From: an uncultured delta proteobacterium | GTDB taxonomy: Bacteria > Desulfobacterota > Binatia > Binatales > Binataceae | DNA length: 64,000 nucleotides | Reading direction: 5' to 3' | NCBI GenBank assembly: GCA_963842085.1 | Contig: CAWJET010000002.1 | Span: 1,408,001-1,472,000 of the forward strand | Shown: positions 8,754 through 19,204 of the stretch, piece after piece | Layout: each line of letters opens with the position of its first letter | Position numbering within the stretch: the stretch's first letter is position 1 | Notes under the pieces: model-generated | The model's database searches: none | What the model was told of the DNA's origin: nothing | What the model saw: the letters and a program-made list of their open reading frames with translations, nothing else | Position numbers and translations under genes: made by a program

Positions 8754-11129
8754 CTAGCGGTACATTTCGACGAGGTTGATCAGACCCAAATCGCGATAGC
8801 GCTCGACAAGGTAGCCCTTGATCTCCTGCACGCTGGCCATCTGCAGCGTCTCGCGAGCGATCAGGCGGGCGGTCTGATAGTCGACCTCCCGGATGACTTT
8901 GCGCACGACCGGAATGAAGAGCGGGCTCAGGCTCAGTTCGTCGAGGCCCATCCCGACCAGCAGCAGCGTTGCCAGCGGATCGCTGGCCATCTCGCCGCAC
9001 AGGCATACCTCCTTGTCGGCCGCGCGCGCAACGTTGACGACCTCGGAGATTGCGGAGATGACGGCGGGATGCAGCGCTTCGTACAGGTGCGCGACCTTGG
9101 GATTGTTGCGATCCGCAGCGAGCAGGTACTGGATCAGGTCGTTGGTGCCGATCGAGAAAAAATCGACCTCGCGCGCCAGCCGCGGCGCCAGCCACACCGC
9201 AGACGGCACCTCGACCATGATTCCGACTTCGATGTTCGGATTGTGCTCGAGTCCTTCCTTGTACAGCTCGGCCTGCGACTCGGCCAGCAATTCCCTGGCG
9301 CGGCGCAATTCCTCGAGGCTCGAGATCATCGGGAACATGATGCGAACGTTGTGCCTGGCGGCGGCGCGGAGAATCGCGCGCAGCTGAACTTTGAACAGCC
9401 CCGCCATCTCGAGCGAGATGCGGATCGAGCGCCAGCCGAGGAACGGATTGTCCTCGCGCGGCACCCGCATGTACGGCGGATACTTGTCCGCGCCGATGTC
9501 GAGCGTGCGAATCGTGACCGGGCGCTTGCCGAGCGCCTCGATCATCTTGCCGTACAGCGCTAGTTGCTGGGTCTCGTCGGGGAAGTCCTCGTAGGTCAGG
9601 AAGGAGAATTCCGAACGCAGCAGCCCCACGCCCTCGGCGCCGTAGCGAATCGCCAGGTGGACATCCGCCAGCAGCGCGATATTCGCGAGCATCATGACGC
9701 GATGACCGTCGCGGGTCGCGGTGGGCTTGTTGCCCTCCTCGATCAGCTCCTTCTTGAAGGCCTCGTAGCGCTTGGACAGGCTCATGTAATCGCGCTCGAT
9801 CTCGCTGCCGGGATTCACGTAAACCACGCCCGCGTTGCCGTCGAGCACGAGCTGATCGCCCTCGATGACCGATTCCATCAGGTGCTCGACGCCAACCACG
9901 GTGGGGATTTCGAACGCGCGCGCCAGGATCGCCGCGTGCGAGGTGACGCCGCCGGATTGCAGCGCGATGCCCGCGAGCCGCTCGTGGCTGACCATCGTCA
10001 GTTGCGAGAGCGTCAGCTCCTCGGCGACGATAATCGTCGGCTTGCTGAACGGCGCCCGCTTTTCCTCCTGGCGCAGATGACGCAGCACGCGATGGCCGAC
10101 GTCGCGAAAGTCGGTTGCGCGCTCGCGCAGGTAGTTGTCCGCGACCGCCAGCATCGACGTGCTCAGTTCCTCGATCACCCGGAACAGCGCGCTCTCGGCG
10201 GTGTAGCCGTCGGCGATTGATTCGCGGATCCGGCCGACGAACTCCTCGTCTTCGAGAATCATGCGATGACCGTCGAAGATCTGGAGGTCCGACTCGGGCA
10301 TCAAAGGTTCCATCCGCGCCCGCAGCGTCGCCAGCTCGGCCAGCGACCGGGCCAGCGCCTCCTCGAAGCGCTTGGCCTCGGCCTTGGGGTCGCGGGACTT
10401 CTGATGGCGATCGACGCTGCTCAGGAAGGTGCCGACAACGTGCGCGGCGCCCTGCGCAAATCCCGGAGACGCGGAAAGCCCCGCCAGCCGCGGGCGGCGA
10501 ATCTTTGCCGGCGGCGCGTGGCGCGTCTTGCCGCCGACTTTTTCGTAGTCCTTGAGCTGCCGATTGGCCTCGATCATCCGGCGCTTGTATTCGAGCCGCT
10601 CTTTCTCCTTGGTGACCAGCGATTCGCGCAGTCTGAAGTGCGAGAGAATCTGCGCGACCTGGTTGGCCGCGGTGCTGAGCAAGCGGATTTCGTTCTTGTT
10701 GAATTTGCGCCGCTCGAGCGTCTGCGCCACCAGCACTCCGAGCGGCTTCTTGCGCCCGTCGCGCACCGGCACACCCAGAAAAGTATGGAACCGCTCCTCG
10801 CCGGTCTCGGGAAAGTACTTGTAGCGCGGATGGCTGATGGCGTCGGGCACGCACACCGGTTCGTCTTTCTCCAGCACCAGCCCGACCAGTCCCTCGCTCA
10901 GCCGCATCGAGACTTTGCCGACCGACTCGCGATCGAGGCCGACCGTCGCGCGCAGCACGATTCGCTCGCGCTGAGGATCGAACAGGTAGAGCGAACAAAC
11001 TTCGGCCTCCATGCCGGTCGCGATCGCGAAGGTAACCCGGTCCAGCGTTTCGCGGAGGTCTTCCGAATGCTCGCCGCCGATCGAGGAGAGATGTTCGATC
11101 AGAGCGAGGCGATCCTTGTTGGCACTCAT
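8754..11129 (-). CDS. ptsP: GAF-domain PEP-protein phosphotransferase (EI-Ntr)
   Basis: N-terminal GAF; GGVTSHAAILAR (phospho-His), GVGLLRSEF, EDNPFLGWRSIR, SIGTNDLIQY. Confidence 0.96.
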   Translation of the reverse strand: MSANKDRLALIEHLSSIGGEHSEDLRETLDRVTFAIATGMEAEVCSLYLFDPQRERIVLRATVGLDRESVGKVSMRLSEGLVGLVLEKDEPVCVPDAISHPRYKYFPETGEERFHTFLGVPVRDGRKKPLGVLVAQTLERRKFNKNEIRLLSTAANQVAQILSHFRLRESLVTKEKERLEYKRRMIEANRQLKDYEKVGGKTRHAPPAKIRRPRLAGLSASPGFAQGAAHVVGTFLSSVDRHQKSRDPKAEAKRFEEALARSLAELATLRARMEPLMPESDLQIFDGHRMILEDEEFVGRIRESIADGYTAESALFRVIEELSTSMLAVADNYLRERATDFRDVGHRVLRHLRQEEKRAPFSKPTIIVAEELTLSQLTMVSHERLAGIALQSGGVTSHAAILARAFEIPTVVGVEHLMESVIEGDQLVLDGNAGVVYVNPGSEIERDYMSLSKRYEAFKKELIEEGNKPTATRDGHRVMMLANIALLADVHLAIRYGAEGVGLLRSEFSFLTYEDFPDETQQLALYGKMIEALGKRPVTIRTLDIGADKYPPYMRVPREDNPFLGWRSIRISLEMAGLFKVQLRAILRAAARHNVRIMFPMISSLEELRRARELLAESQAELYKEGLEHNPNIEVGIMVEVPSAVWLAPRLAREVDFFSIGTNDLIQYLLAADRNNPKVAHLYEALHPAVISAISEVVNVARAADKEVCLCGEMASDPLATLLLVGMGLDELSLSPLFIPVVRKVIREVDYQTARLIARETLQMASVQEIKGYLVERYRDLGLINLVEMYR

Positions 11130-11261
11130 CGGTAAAGTCTCAGCGGCGGCGCAAAAATTTTATCGGATCGCTCGCGTCGCAAACAATGCCGCCGCGGGAT
11201 TCTATTCGGCATCGGAGTTATCATGCGGATCTGAGTTTCTTTTAACGGCTTTTTCAGCAGC

Positions 11262-11981
11262 TTAACTGACGGGCGACAACGGCTCGAATGGCGCAAGCGC
11301 ACTCTTCAGCAGGCCGCGGCCCGCTCGGCATCGTTTCGACCGGATCGCCTCGCAAAGCTCCCGCTCGTCCTTGACTGGGGCGTCGAGCAGCGTCGTTACG
11401 CATCCTATAGAGCCGGCGGAATGCGAGTCCGAGCCTGCGACCTCCGCCATCCCGAGTTGTCGCGCAACCTTCAGCGCGAAGACGTTCTCTTCCTCGCCGC
11501 ATGCGCCGTTCAGCACTTCGATCGCGTCGACGAGCTCGAAGATTTTGAGCTTCGCCGCGCGGTCCGGAAAAGTTGGATCGATCGGTTCGGAATCCGGGTT
11601 GATGAAGGAAAAGCGTGGGTCGAGTTTGTAGCGGAATGGATGATTGGCGATCAGGATCCCGCCTTCGAGATCGACCACCCGCCGCAGTTCGGCCAGCTTG
11701 TAGATCCCGCCGACGTACCGCTCGAGCCCGAACGCGCCGACGTGCCCCATGTCGGTCGTCACTTCCATCCCGCGGAGAAAAATCACGCCCGAGTCGGCCG
11801 CCATCGCCGCGACCTCGCGCGAATCCCACATGTTGTCGTGCTCGGTGATGCAGACCGCGCCGATTCCGATCGCACGCGCGCGCGCGACCAGGTCTTTCGG
11901 CGCCAGGTTCGAATCCGAGCTGCCGCGATTGGTGTGCAGATGCAGGTCGACGCTGAAGTAAGGCCCCGCTTGCTTCGTCAT
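11262..11981 (-). CDS. PHP-domain metal-dependent phosphoesterase
   Basis: DLHLHT, ITEHD, GMEVTT, NHPFR, GSDSH. Confidence 0.9.
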   Translation of the reverse strand: MTKQAGPYFSVDLHLHTNRGSSDSNLAPKDLVARARAIGIGAVCITEHDNMWDSREVAAMAADSGVIFLRGMEVTTDMGHVGAFGLERYVGGIYKLAELRRVVDLEGGILIANHPFRYKLDPRFSFINPDSEPIDPTFPDRAAKLKIFELVDAIEVLNGACGEEENVFALKVARQLGMAEVAGSDSHSAGSIGCVTTLLDAPVKDERELCEAIRSKRCRAGRGLLKSALAPFEPLSPVS

Positions 11982-12009
11982 CCGCCTACGTGAGCAACGC
12001 TCTCCCCTC

Positions 12010-12127
12010 TGTCATCATGGCGACGCGAGCAGCGCGAGTCTTATCTGCCATCCTGACGACCCGATCAGCGCGAGGGGAGGAAGGACCTCGGACAGCTTCG
12101 CGTAAGCGAAGCCGGTTCCGAGTCGCC
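12010..12127 (+). repeat. REP-like intergenic element, copy 1
   Basis: About 80 bp shared with 15191-15277: (T/C)G(T/C)CATCCTGACGAC...GAGGAAGGA.CTCGGACA followed by hairpin GCTTCGC-N4-GCGAAGC. Confidence 0.75.
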
Positions 12128-12145
12128 CGCCTTGGGCGGGCCACC

Positions 12146-12706
12146 TTACTTCGGCGGCTCCTTCGCGAGCGTGATTTTCTTCATGTGGTCGCCCTTCTGA
12201 ATCTGATCGACCACGTCCATACCCTTAATCACGCCGCCGAAGATGGTGTATTGGCCGTCGAGTCCGGGCTGCGGCTCGAGGCAGATGTAGAACTGGCTGC
12301 CGCTGGACGCGCGTGTCGGATTGACTTCGTCGCCTGTGCGCGCGGTGGCCACACTGCCGCGCAGGTGATGCTCGTTGGGGTTGATCTCGGCCGGCACCGT
12401 GTAGCCCGGGCCGCCGGCGCCCGTGCCGTCAGGGTCTCCGCCCTGCACGACAAAGTCCGGCACCACGCGATGCCACGTCAGGCCGTTGTAAAAGCCCTTG
12501 TTCACCAGAGCCTCGAAATTCGCGACCGTCTTGGGCGCGACCGCCGGGTAAAGCTCGATGACTATGATGCCGCGTTCCGTATCGATGATTGCGTAATGAC
12601 CTGTGTTTCTCACTGGCAGTCCATCCGTTGCGCCTTTGCAGGCCGAGGCGAGCACGAGCACCGCCACGACGGCAAGACACGACAATCTAAAAGGGTTGCG
12701 TTGCAT
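12146..12706 (-). CDS. Cyclophilin-type peptidyl-prolyl isomerase, probable lipoprotein
   Basis: APKTVANF, FYNGLTWHRVV, QGGDP.GTG.GGPGY, SGSQFYI; lipobox LASAC. Confidence 0.93.
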   Translation of the reverse strand: MQRNPFRLSCLAVVAVLVLASACKGATDGLPVRNTGHYAIIDTERGIIVIELYPAVAPKTVANFEALVNKGFYNGLTWHRVVPDFVVQGGDPDGTGAGGPGYTVPAEINPNEHHLRGSVATARTGDEVNPTRASSGSQFYICLEPQPGLDGQYTIFGGVIKGMDVVDQIQKGDHMKKITLAKEPPK

Positions 12707-12814
12707 TTCATCCACTCGCATTCGCACGAACCAACAATCGTCCATGCAGGTTATTCCAACGGTCCTTCATGGAATTATTCGACGCGTCGCCAATGCGCAA
12801 GTCATTCTCGTTCT

Positions 12815-12852
12815 TTCCCTCTCCCTGCAAGGGAGAGGATTAAGGTGAGGGT
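12815..12852. repeat. Short palindromic intergenic element (CCCTCTCCC..GGGAGAGG..GGTGAGGG type)
   Basis: cctctccctgcaagggagagg hairpin followed by ggtgaggg, a motif type common between genes in GC-rich bacteria. Confidence 0.5.
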
Positions 12853-12914
12853 GCTTATTCAGCGCGCATTCTTCGCGCGCGATTCAAGATTCCGCCTCCG
12901 CTCTTCTCGCTCGC

Positions 12915-13700
12915 TCATCCCTTGATAAACTTCGCCACGACTGCTGCCAGCTTCACGGGCTCCTCCAGCGGCATCATGTGCGCGCCGTCGTCGACCAGAT
13001 GCACCTTCGCGCCGTGAATCCCTTTGCGGAATTCGTCGGCATAGACGGCCGGCAGCAACTTGTCGTCCTTGCCCCACACAACCAGCGTCGGCGCAGCGAT
13101 TCGATGCAACCGTTTGCGCAGCCCCTTGTCCGGTATCGGCCACATGAACTTGCCCGTGCATCCTAGAGCCCAAGTGATTCGGATAAATCCCTGCTGATCT
13201 TCGGGATTCAGCGTAATTCGCTTCAACGACGGGTGATGCTGATCCTTGAACAGCAGCGCGGGCAGGTCCGTCTGCGGCGTCACGATGTAATTGCGAATCG
13301 GCGAGTCGTCGCGCCACAGCCCAAGCGGACTTATCAGCACCAGCTTGCCGACGCGCGTCGGATCGGTCGCAGCGACTTCGCCGGCGATCATCCCGCCGAA
13401 CGAATGACCGACCACCGCCGCCGACTTGAGCCCGAGCTTGTCGAACAGGTCGTAGTAGTAGAGGACGAGATCCCACATGTCGTCGAGCGCCTTGTAGGAA
13501 TCCTCGTCGCCCGTCGTGATTCCGGGATGCTCGGGGGCATAGACGGTGAAATTTTTAGCCAGCTCGTCGAGCAGTTCGGTCTCGATCGGGCCGTAGCCTC
13601 CGTGCAGATAGACGAGTGGCGGCCCTTCGCCGAGAATCCTGACCTTGGGATGAACCTTGTCGCCCCACACGCTGAGCGTCTTATCTTTTGCAGCCGCCAT
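12915..13700 (-). CDS. Alpha/beta-fold hydrolase
   Basis: YLHGG, GHSFGG nucleophile elbow, WGKDD, GAHM. Confidence 0.92.
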   Translation of the reverse strand: MAAAKDKTLSVWGDKVHPKVRILGEGPPLVYLHGGYGPIETELLDELAKNFTVYAPEHPGITTGDEDSYKALDDMWDLVLYYYDLFDKLGLKSAAVVGHSFGGMIAGEVAATDPTRVGKLVLISPLGLWRDDSPIRNYIVTPQTDLPALLFKDQHHPSLKRITLNPEDQQGFIRITWALGCTGKFMWPIPDKGLRKRLHRIAAPTLVVWGKDDKLLPAVYADEFRKGIHGAKVHLVDDGAHMMPLEEPVKLAAVVAKFIKG

Positions 13701-13716
13701 AGTTAGTCCTTGTCGC

Positions 13717-14967
13717 CTAGCGCGCCGCCGCATGCACTCCGTTCGACGCCATCTGTTTGCGCGGACCCTTCAGCGATTCGGGCCACCATTTGTTGTCCCA
13801 GTCGCCGTCCCAGACGCCGCGGAAATGCGGCAGCACCTCGCTGCAAAACAGATCGATATTCTTGATCGTCAAATCGTGCGGCATCGATCCGATATGCAGC
13901 AGCACCATCAGGTTGCCGACCCGAAGTTTCTTGACCGCTTCCATCAACTGCTGGCGCACGGTGGCGGGCGAGCCCGCGATCACGAACTGATTATCGACGA
14001 AGTCCTTGTAATTCCACGTCGGGATCTTGTTCATCAGGTCGAACAACTGCGGATTCAGCTTGGTCACGCTGTTGACCAGGCTCTTGTAGTCCTGGTTGCC
14101 GGCGACGGGAAAATACTCGGGCAGGATGTGCAGGCATTTGTCGTAAAAATATCGGATGTGCTGGTAGTAGTCCTTCTCGGCCTGCGCGTCGCTCTCCGAC
14201 ACTGCCACCAGTTGCAAAAATCCCGCGCGATACGGGTTGGGATCGTGATTGCCCTTGGCGACGAAATCCCAGAACCCGTCCATCACGCGCTTGCCGAAAT
14301 TGTTGCCCCAGTACGACAGGAAGCAGTAGCAGTGATTGTGCTTGGCGGAAAAATCCCAGGTCGAGAGACTGCCGCTGCCGGGAATCCACACCGGCGGATG
14401 CGGCTTCTGAATTGGGCGCGGCCAGATATTGACCATCGGCAGTTTGAAGTACTTGCCGTTCCACGCGAAAATTTCCGGCGACTGCCACGCCTTCAGGATG
14501 AGGTCGTGCGCCTCGTAGTAGCGCTCGCGCTGCTCGATCGGCGGGATTCCGTAGCACAGGTTCACGTCCTGCGACGTGCCCAGCGGCATCCCGGCCACCA
14601 TCCGGCCGCCGCTGATACAATCGATCATCGAATATTCTTCGGCGATTCGTATCGGCGGATTCGACGTCGGCAGCGTCGCGCCCATCTGCACCACCGCGAC
14701 GTCAGTGCCGTTGGTCGCGCGCGCGAGAATCGATCCCATCAGGTCCGGATTCGGCATGAAGCCGTAGGCGTTCTGATGATGCTCGTTGACGCAGATGCCG
14801 TCGATGCCCTTGTCGGCGGCGTGAATCAGCTCATCGAGCGTCCAGTTGTAGTACTGCCCGACCTTCACCGAATCGGCCAGCTCGCAGTACGGCGGATCGA
14901 CCCACACCGAATGATACTTCTGCGCGAAGTCATCGGGCAGCTCGCGATACGGCATCAGATGGAACAT
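13717..14967 (-). CDS. Luciferase-like (LLM) flavin-dependent oxidoreductase
   Basis: VNEHHQNAYG, PIRIAEEYSMIDCISGGR, PRPIQKPHPPVW. Confidence 0.92.
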   Translation of the reverse strand: MFHLMPYRELPDDFAQKYHSVWVDPPYCELADSVKVGQYYNWTLDELIHAADKGIDGICVNEHHQNAYGFMPNPDLMGSILARATNGTDVAVVQMGATLPTSNPPIRIAEEYSMIDCISGGRMVAGMPLGTSQDVNLCYGIPPIEQRERYYEAHDLILKAWQSPEIFAWNGKYFKLPMVNIWPRPIQKPHPPVWIPGSGSLSTWDFSAKHNHCYCFLSYWGNNFGKRVMDGFWDFVAKGNHDPNPYRAGFLQLVAVSESDAQAEKDYYQHIRYFYDKCLHILPEYFPVAGNQDYKSLVNSVTKLNPQLFDLMNKIPTWNYKDFVDNQFVIAGSPATVRQQLMEAVKKLRVGNLMVLLHIGSMPHDLTIKNIDLFCSEVLPHFRGVWDGDWDNKWWPESLKGPRKQMASNGVHAAAR

Positions 14968-15072
14968 TGAAATCTTCTCGTTTGGCCTCCGGCGCGCCGG
15001 TTTTCAATTTTTCAATATCACGGCGCAGCGCAATTCCCCAACCGTAACCGAGCCGTGGGCACCGGTTCACTA

Positions 15073-15277
15073 CTCTGTCGTCCTGATCCCCGCGAGCAAC
15101 GCGACCGCTCTCTCTGTCATCCCAGCGCCGCTGGCAACGCGACCGCTCGCTCTGTCATCCCGGCACCGCCAGCAACGCGCCCGCTCTCCCCGTCATCCTG
15201 ACGACGCGAGCAAAGCGAGCCGAGGAAGGATCTCGGACAGCTTCGCGCCAGCGAAGCCGGTTCCGGTTTCGAGTCGC
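15073..15277 (+). repeat. REP-like element copy 2, preceded by three degenerate 38-39 bp tandem units
   Basis: Units start TGTC/CGTC at 15076, 15115, 15153 and 15191; the first three end GCAACGCG(A/C)CCGCT. Confidence 0.8.
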
Positions 15278-15534
15278 TGCGTCAAATGTCTTCAGCCAAG
15301 GTCCAGGGGCGGTGAACTTTTCAGCCTGACGCCTGCGGATTTGATGTGCTACCCATACAGACATGGACCGCGGCTATCAGGATTCGCGAGACTTCCCGCG
15401 CTCGCCCGAGATCCGGCCACGCCTCCAATCGGCGAAAGTCAAATTTGACGGGACGAACCCACCGATGGTGGTACTCGCCTCGCCGGACCACAACCGTATA
15501 GACTGCCGCTTTCCCGCTCGTTGAAGGCTATCGC

Positions 15535-16443
15535 TTGAGGCCCAAATTGCCGCCCGCCCGAGCGTTCTCTCGCAGAAAAGCACCTCCAATTGCCCTCATA
15601 TTGTGCGCCACCTCGATGCTGCTTTGCCCGACGCTCGCGCGCGCCGACTTATCCTCGCGCTACTTCGTCGGCGACTTCATCGGCAACGATGCCACAGTCG
15701 AAAACTACCTCTCCGTTTCGGGCGGTGTCGATCGCGCACAAGAGTTCGAGTCGCTGTATCTCGAAAAGACTATCTCCCCCAGCTCCAGCGTCTCGCTCTT
15801 CGCCGGTTACCAGCGCCTCGAACAGGAAGGCGAGCTAACCACCGCCAGCGGATTTACCAACCTCGGCCTCGGCTACAAACGCGTACTGATCGCGATCCCG
15901 CGCCACGAATTTGTGTTCACGATAAACCCGACCCTCGAGCTGCCCGTAGGCGACCGCAGCGTCGGTTCTGAATCGCACCCGCGCGCCGGCGGCGATTTGC
16001 TCTTTCAGAAAGGCTTTGGAGATTTGCCCGACTCCCTTCGTATGCTGCAGCCCTTCGGTGTCGAGGGCGGCGGCGGATGGGAAAGCAAGGTGACCGGCGC
16101 GCGCGACGACCTCGTATCCGCCGATCTCGAGCTCGAGTATTCGCTTCGCTACCTCGACGCAAATGTCGCCGCTGGTTCCGTGCCGAGGGCGCTGCGAGAT
16201 TTCGCGCCGCATCTCGATTTCGACTACGCACAGTACTTGAGCGCGCATCGCAACTCGTCGGCGCCGGACTTCGAGCTGACGCCCGCCATCGCATGGCTCA
16301 ACTCGACGTTCGAGATGAATCTAGGCATCCAGGTGGCACTCAATCGCGCGTCGTCGGGCAGCGGCGCCGTAGCCTTCGTCTGGCTGCTCGGGGTGTCCTA
16401 CGACCAACTCGTGCCCGTCCTCGGATGGATACCGTTTCACTGA
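15535..16443 (+). CDS. Exported protein, probable outer-membrane beta-barrel
   Basis: Signal peptide ending ARA; alternating amphipathic strands; true start uncertain. Confidence 0.6.
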   Translation: MRPKLPPARAFSRRKAPPIALILCATSMLLCPTLARADLSSRYFVGDFIGNDATVENYLSVSGGVDRAQEFESLYLEKTISPSSSVSLFAGYQRLEQEGELTTASGFTNLGLGYKRVLIAIPRHEFVFTINPTLELPVGDRSVGSESHPRAGGDLLFQKGFGDLPDSLRMLQPFGVEGGGGWESKVTGARDDLVSADLELEYSLRYLDANVAAGSVPRALRDFAPHLDFDYAQYLSAHRNSSAPDFELTPAIAWLNSTFEMNLGIQVALNRASSGSGAVAFVWLLGVSYDQLVPVLGWIPFH

Positions 16444-16491
16444 CCGTCGCTTATGGACAAGCGCCTGCGATGAAGGCGACAATGCGCCGCT

Positions 16492-17736
16492 ATGGAATCG
16501 TGGTTCAACAAGGCAAGATTCGGGATGTTCATCCATTGGGGACATTGCAGCCAGCGCGGGCTCGAGCTGTCGTGGCCGCTGGTCGGGGGCGTCGGCGCGT
16601 TGCCGAACTCGCAAAGCGTCACGGTGGATGAATATCACTCGACTGCGGCGACGTTTAATCCAACCAAGTGGGATGCCCGCGCTCTCGCTGTAATGGCTAA
16701 ACGCGCCGGTATGCAGTACGCCGTCCTGACTAGTAAGCATCACGATGGCTACTCGATGTTTCATACGAAACATTCTGACTATTCGATTGAGTATTCGCCA
16801 TTTAAGCGCGATATAGTCCGTGAATATACAGATGCGTTCCGCGCCCAAGGCCTCAAGGTCGGACTGTACTACTCACTTATCGATTGGCATCATCCTGACT
16901 ACCCGGGGTTTGTCGAGTCCGACAAGCCCTACAAGTGGGGCAACTGGCGCCGTTCGACACCTGAACGGTGGAATCGGTTCATCGAGTTCATGTTCGCCCA
17001 GATGCGCGAGCTGCTGACCAACTACGGCAAAATCGATCTGCTCTGGTTCGACGGCGGATGGGAACACACACCCGAGGAATGGAAGTCGCGCGAGTTCGTC
17101 GAAATGATCCACACCCTCCAGCCCGAGGTCGTCATGAATGACCGCATCCCGGGTTACGGCGATTATCAAACGCCCGAGCAGGCGGTGCCGCCCAAGCCGC
17201 CCGAAGGACCGTGGGAAACTTGCCTGACGATTAACAACAGCTGGGGTTACAATCCATCCGACAAGGATTTCAAATCGACGCGCTCCCTGATCCATACGCT
17301 GTGCGAAGTGGCCGGCAAGGGCGGAAACCTGTTGCTCAACGTAAGCCCGATGGGCGATGGTGCGCTTCCGCCCGAACATGTCGAGCGGCTCGAAGCGATC
17401 GGCGCATGGATGGACCGCAACAACGAGGCGATCGTCGGCACCGACCCCGGCCTCGAGCCGTGGCAGTTTTACGGACCGTCAACCCGCCGCGGCAATCGCA
17501 TATACCTGCACGTGCTGATGAAGCCGTACGAGTCCGTCTCGGTCCGCGGCGTGAGGGTGAAACACGTCGGCGACGTGCGTCCGCTGGCAAGTACGATCTC
17601 GCTCAAGGTCCGCAAGCGAATCGCCGCCGCCGATACTCTGTTCAACCACGATCCGATTGGTGAACTGGTGATTGCAACCCCCGACAGCGCGCTCGATTCG
17701 ATGGCGACGATCATCGCGATCGACTTCCAGCGCTAG
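16492..17736 (+). CDS. Alpha-L-fucosidase (GH29)
   Basis: RFGMFIHWG, TSKHHDG, GLYYSLIDW, LWFDGGW, GGNLLLN. Confidence 0.95.
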   Translation: MESWFNKARFGMFIHWGHCSQRGLELSWPLVGGVGALPNSQSVTVDEYHSTAATFNPTKWDARALAVMAKRAGMQYAVLTSKHHDGYSMFHTKHSDYSIEYSPFKRDIVREYTDAFRAQGLKVGLYYSLIDWHHPDYPGFVESDKPYKWGNWRRSTPERWNRFIEFMFAQMRELLTNYGKIDLLWFDGGWEHTPEEWKSREFVEMIHTLQPEVVMNDRIPGYGDYQTPEQAVPPKPPEGPWETCLTINNSWGYNPSDKDFKSTRSLIHTLCEVAGKGGNLLLNVSPMGDGALPPEHVERLEAIGAWMDRNNEAIVGTDPGLEPWQFYGPSTRRGNRIYLHVLMKPYESVSVRGVRVKHVGDVRPLASTISLKVRKRIAAADTLFNHDPIGELVIATPDSALDSMATIIAIDFQR

Positions 17737-17747
17737 CCGAACCATAC

Positions 17748-19196
17748 TCATGGGCGGATGCCGAAAGTCCAGTCGTATTGCTTTCCGTTTGCGGTCATCG
17801 ACACCGCGTACTTCGCGCCTTTGTCGAGCGGCGCGCGCGGAATCACGACGACCGTGCCGTAAGACTTCAGGACGTTGCGCCCCAGCTCTTGTGAGTATGC
17901 ATCGGGATTCGAGTAGCTAGTCGAATCGATACTGCATCCTTCGACTGCGGTGCGGCTGCCGTCTGCATTTTCGCGAGCGAGTGAGTATTCGCCGAGATGA
18001 GTATCCATCCAGTTGCCGAGTTGAAGTGTAATAGCCAGTCCACTCGGCGGCTCGTAACCGGGGCAGCTCGTCAGCGGATTGGGCCATTCGTTTTCGAACG
18101 ATCTTATCGCGACGATTGCGCCGTCAGGAGGAAACTCGATCGGCAGGCTACCTGCCGCGCCCGCCGGCATTTTCCCCTGCGAGCCCTGCAACAGGTTGAG
18201 TCCCGCGGCGCACGCTCCCGCTTCGCAATAGATCCCGAAGCCGGCGCTTGTCAGTCGCGGATTGAGTATCGGCATACGATGGAACGGCAGCGCCATCCAT
18301 CCGTCGATCGACCATTGCGGCGAGCCCCAGCCGTCGGAGTCCGTGGTGGCGTTTGGGTTGCTGGATACGCCGCGCATGGACCACACATCCATGTCGCTGG
18401 ACTTGGCCGCTTCGAGTCCCTCGGGAGTGAAGCCCGGACTCCCCGGGTCCTCGGTATGCATTTCGGCGCCGAGGCCGTCGCGTTCGATCGAATCATGGTA
18501 GTTCTTGACAATGTAGATGGTGTGAGCGCGATCGCCTTTGCTTAGCGCCGGATCTTCTACTATCGGCGGCAGCTTAACCATCGCGCGGTAGTAGTTGACC
18601 CGCCTCAGCCATTCGGGCCCGGTCGTTGAAGGAATCGCCGCCGACGCTGGCGCCGAGCCTTCGGTTGCTTCCGCGTTAGCCGATGCCGAGTGAGTATTGC
18701 TCGCTGAAGGGGCTGAGCCGGACATGCGTGACGAAATCGATGCAACGATCGCCGACGCAGCGGGTCCGATCTCGTTTTGATAATGAGCTGCCACGAATCC
18801 CGCGATAAACATCAGGGTCAGGATCGCCAGCCCTCGCACCATCCGTTTCCGCACCGACGCCGGATCGAAAGCAACACGCACAGAGCCGAATTTGATCTCG
18901 TCGCCGCGCTTCAACGCGATCGGTTTGCGCACCTGACTACCGTTGACGAACGTGCCGTTGGTCGAGCCGAGGTCCGCCAGCTCGAAGCCGTCCGCCTTGC
19001 GCGTGATCGTCGCGTGACGACGCGACACAGTCGTGTCGTCGAGCACAATATCGTTAGACGGATGGCTGCCAATGGCTACTGTCGGCTGGTCGAGTGAGTA
19101 TTCACGCCTGGGGGAAGTGGCTATTGAGACGAGACGGATGCGCCCGCCCCCGTTCTCGGCCTTACTGTAGTCTGCGGCGCCCTGCTCCGGCGGCAT
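17748..19196 (-). CDS. FHA-domain, TM, CAP/SCP-domain protein
   Basis: FHA: VSRRHA, DLGSTNGTFVNG; TM helix; CAP: VNYYRAM, HTE, WM..PFHR.PILNP. Confidence 0.85.
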   Translation of the reverse strand: MPPEQGAADYSKAENGGGRIRLVSIATSPRREYSLDQPTVAIGSHPSNDIVLDDTTVSRRHATITRKADGFELADLGSTNGTFVNGSQVRKPIALKRGDEIKFGSVRVAFDPASVRKRMVRGLAILTLMFIAGFVAAHYQNEIGPAASAIVASISSRMSGSAPSASNTHSASANAEATEGSAPASAAIPSTTGPEWLRRVNYYRAMVKLPPIVEDPALSKGDRAHTIYIVKNYHDSIERDGLGAEMHTEDPGSPGFTPEGLEAAKSSDMDVWSMRGVSSNPNATTDSDGWGSPQWSIDGWMALPFHRMPILNPRLTSAGFGIYCEAGACAAGLNLLQGSQGKMPAGAAGSLPIEFPPDGAIVAIRSFENEWPNPLTSCPGYEPPSGLAITLQLGNWMDTHLGEYSLARENADGSRTAVEGCSIDSTSYSNPDAYSQELGRNVLKSYGTVVVIPRAPLDKGAKYAVSMTANGKQYDWTFGIRP

Positions 19197-19204
19197 CGAT
19201 CGCC

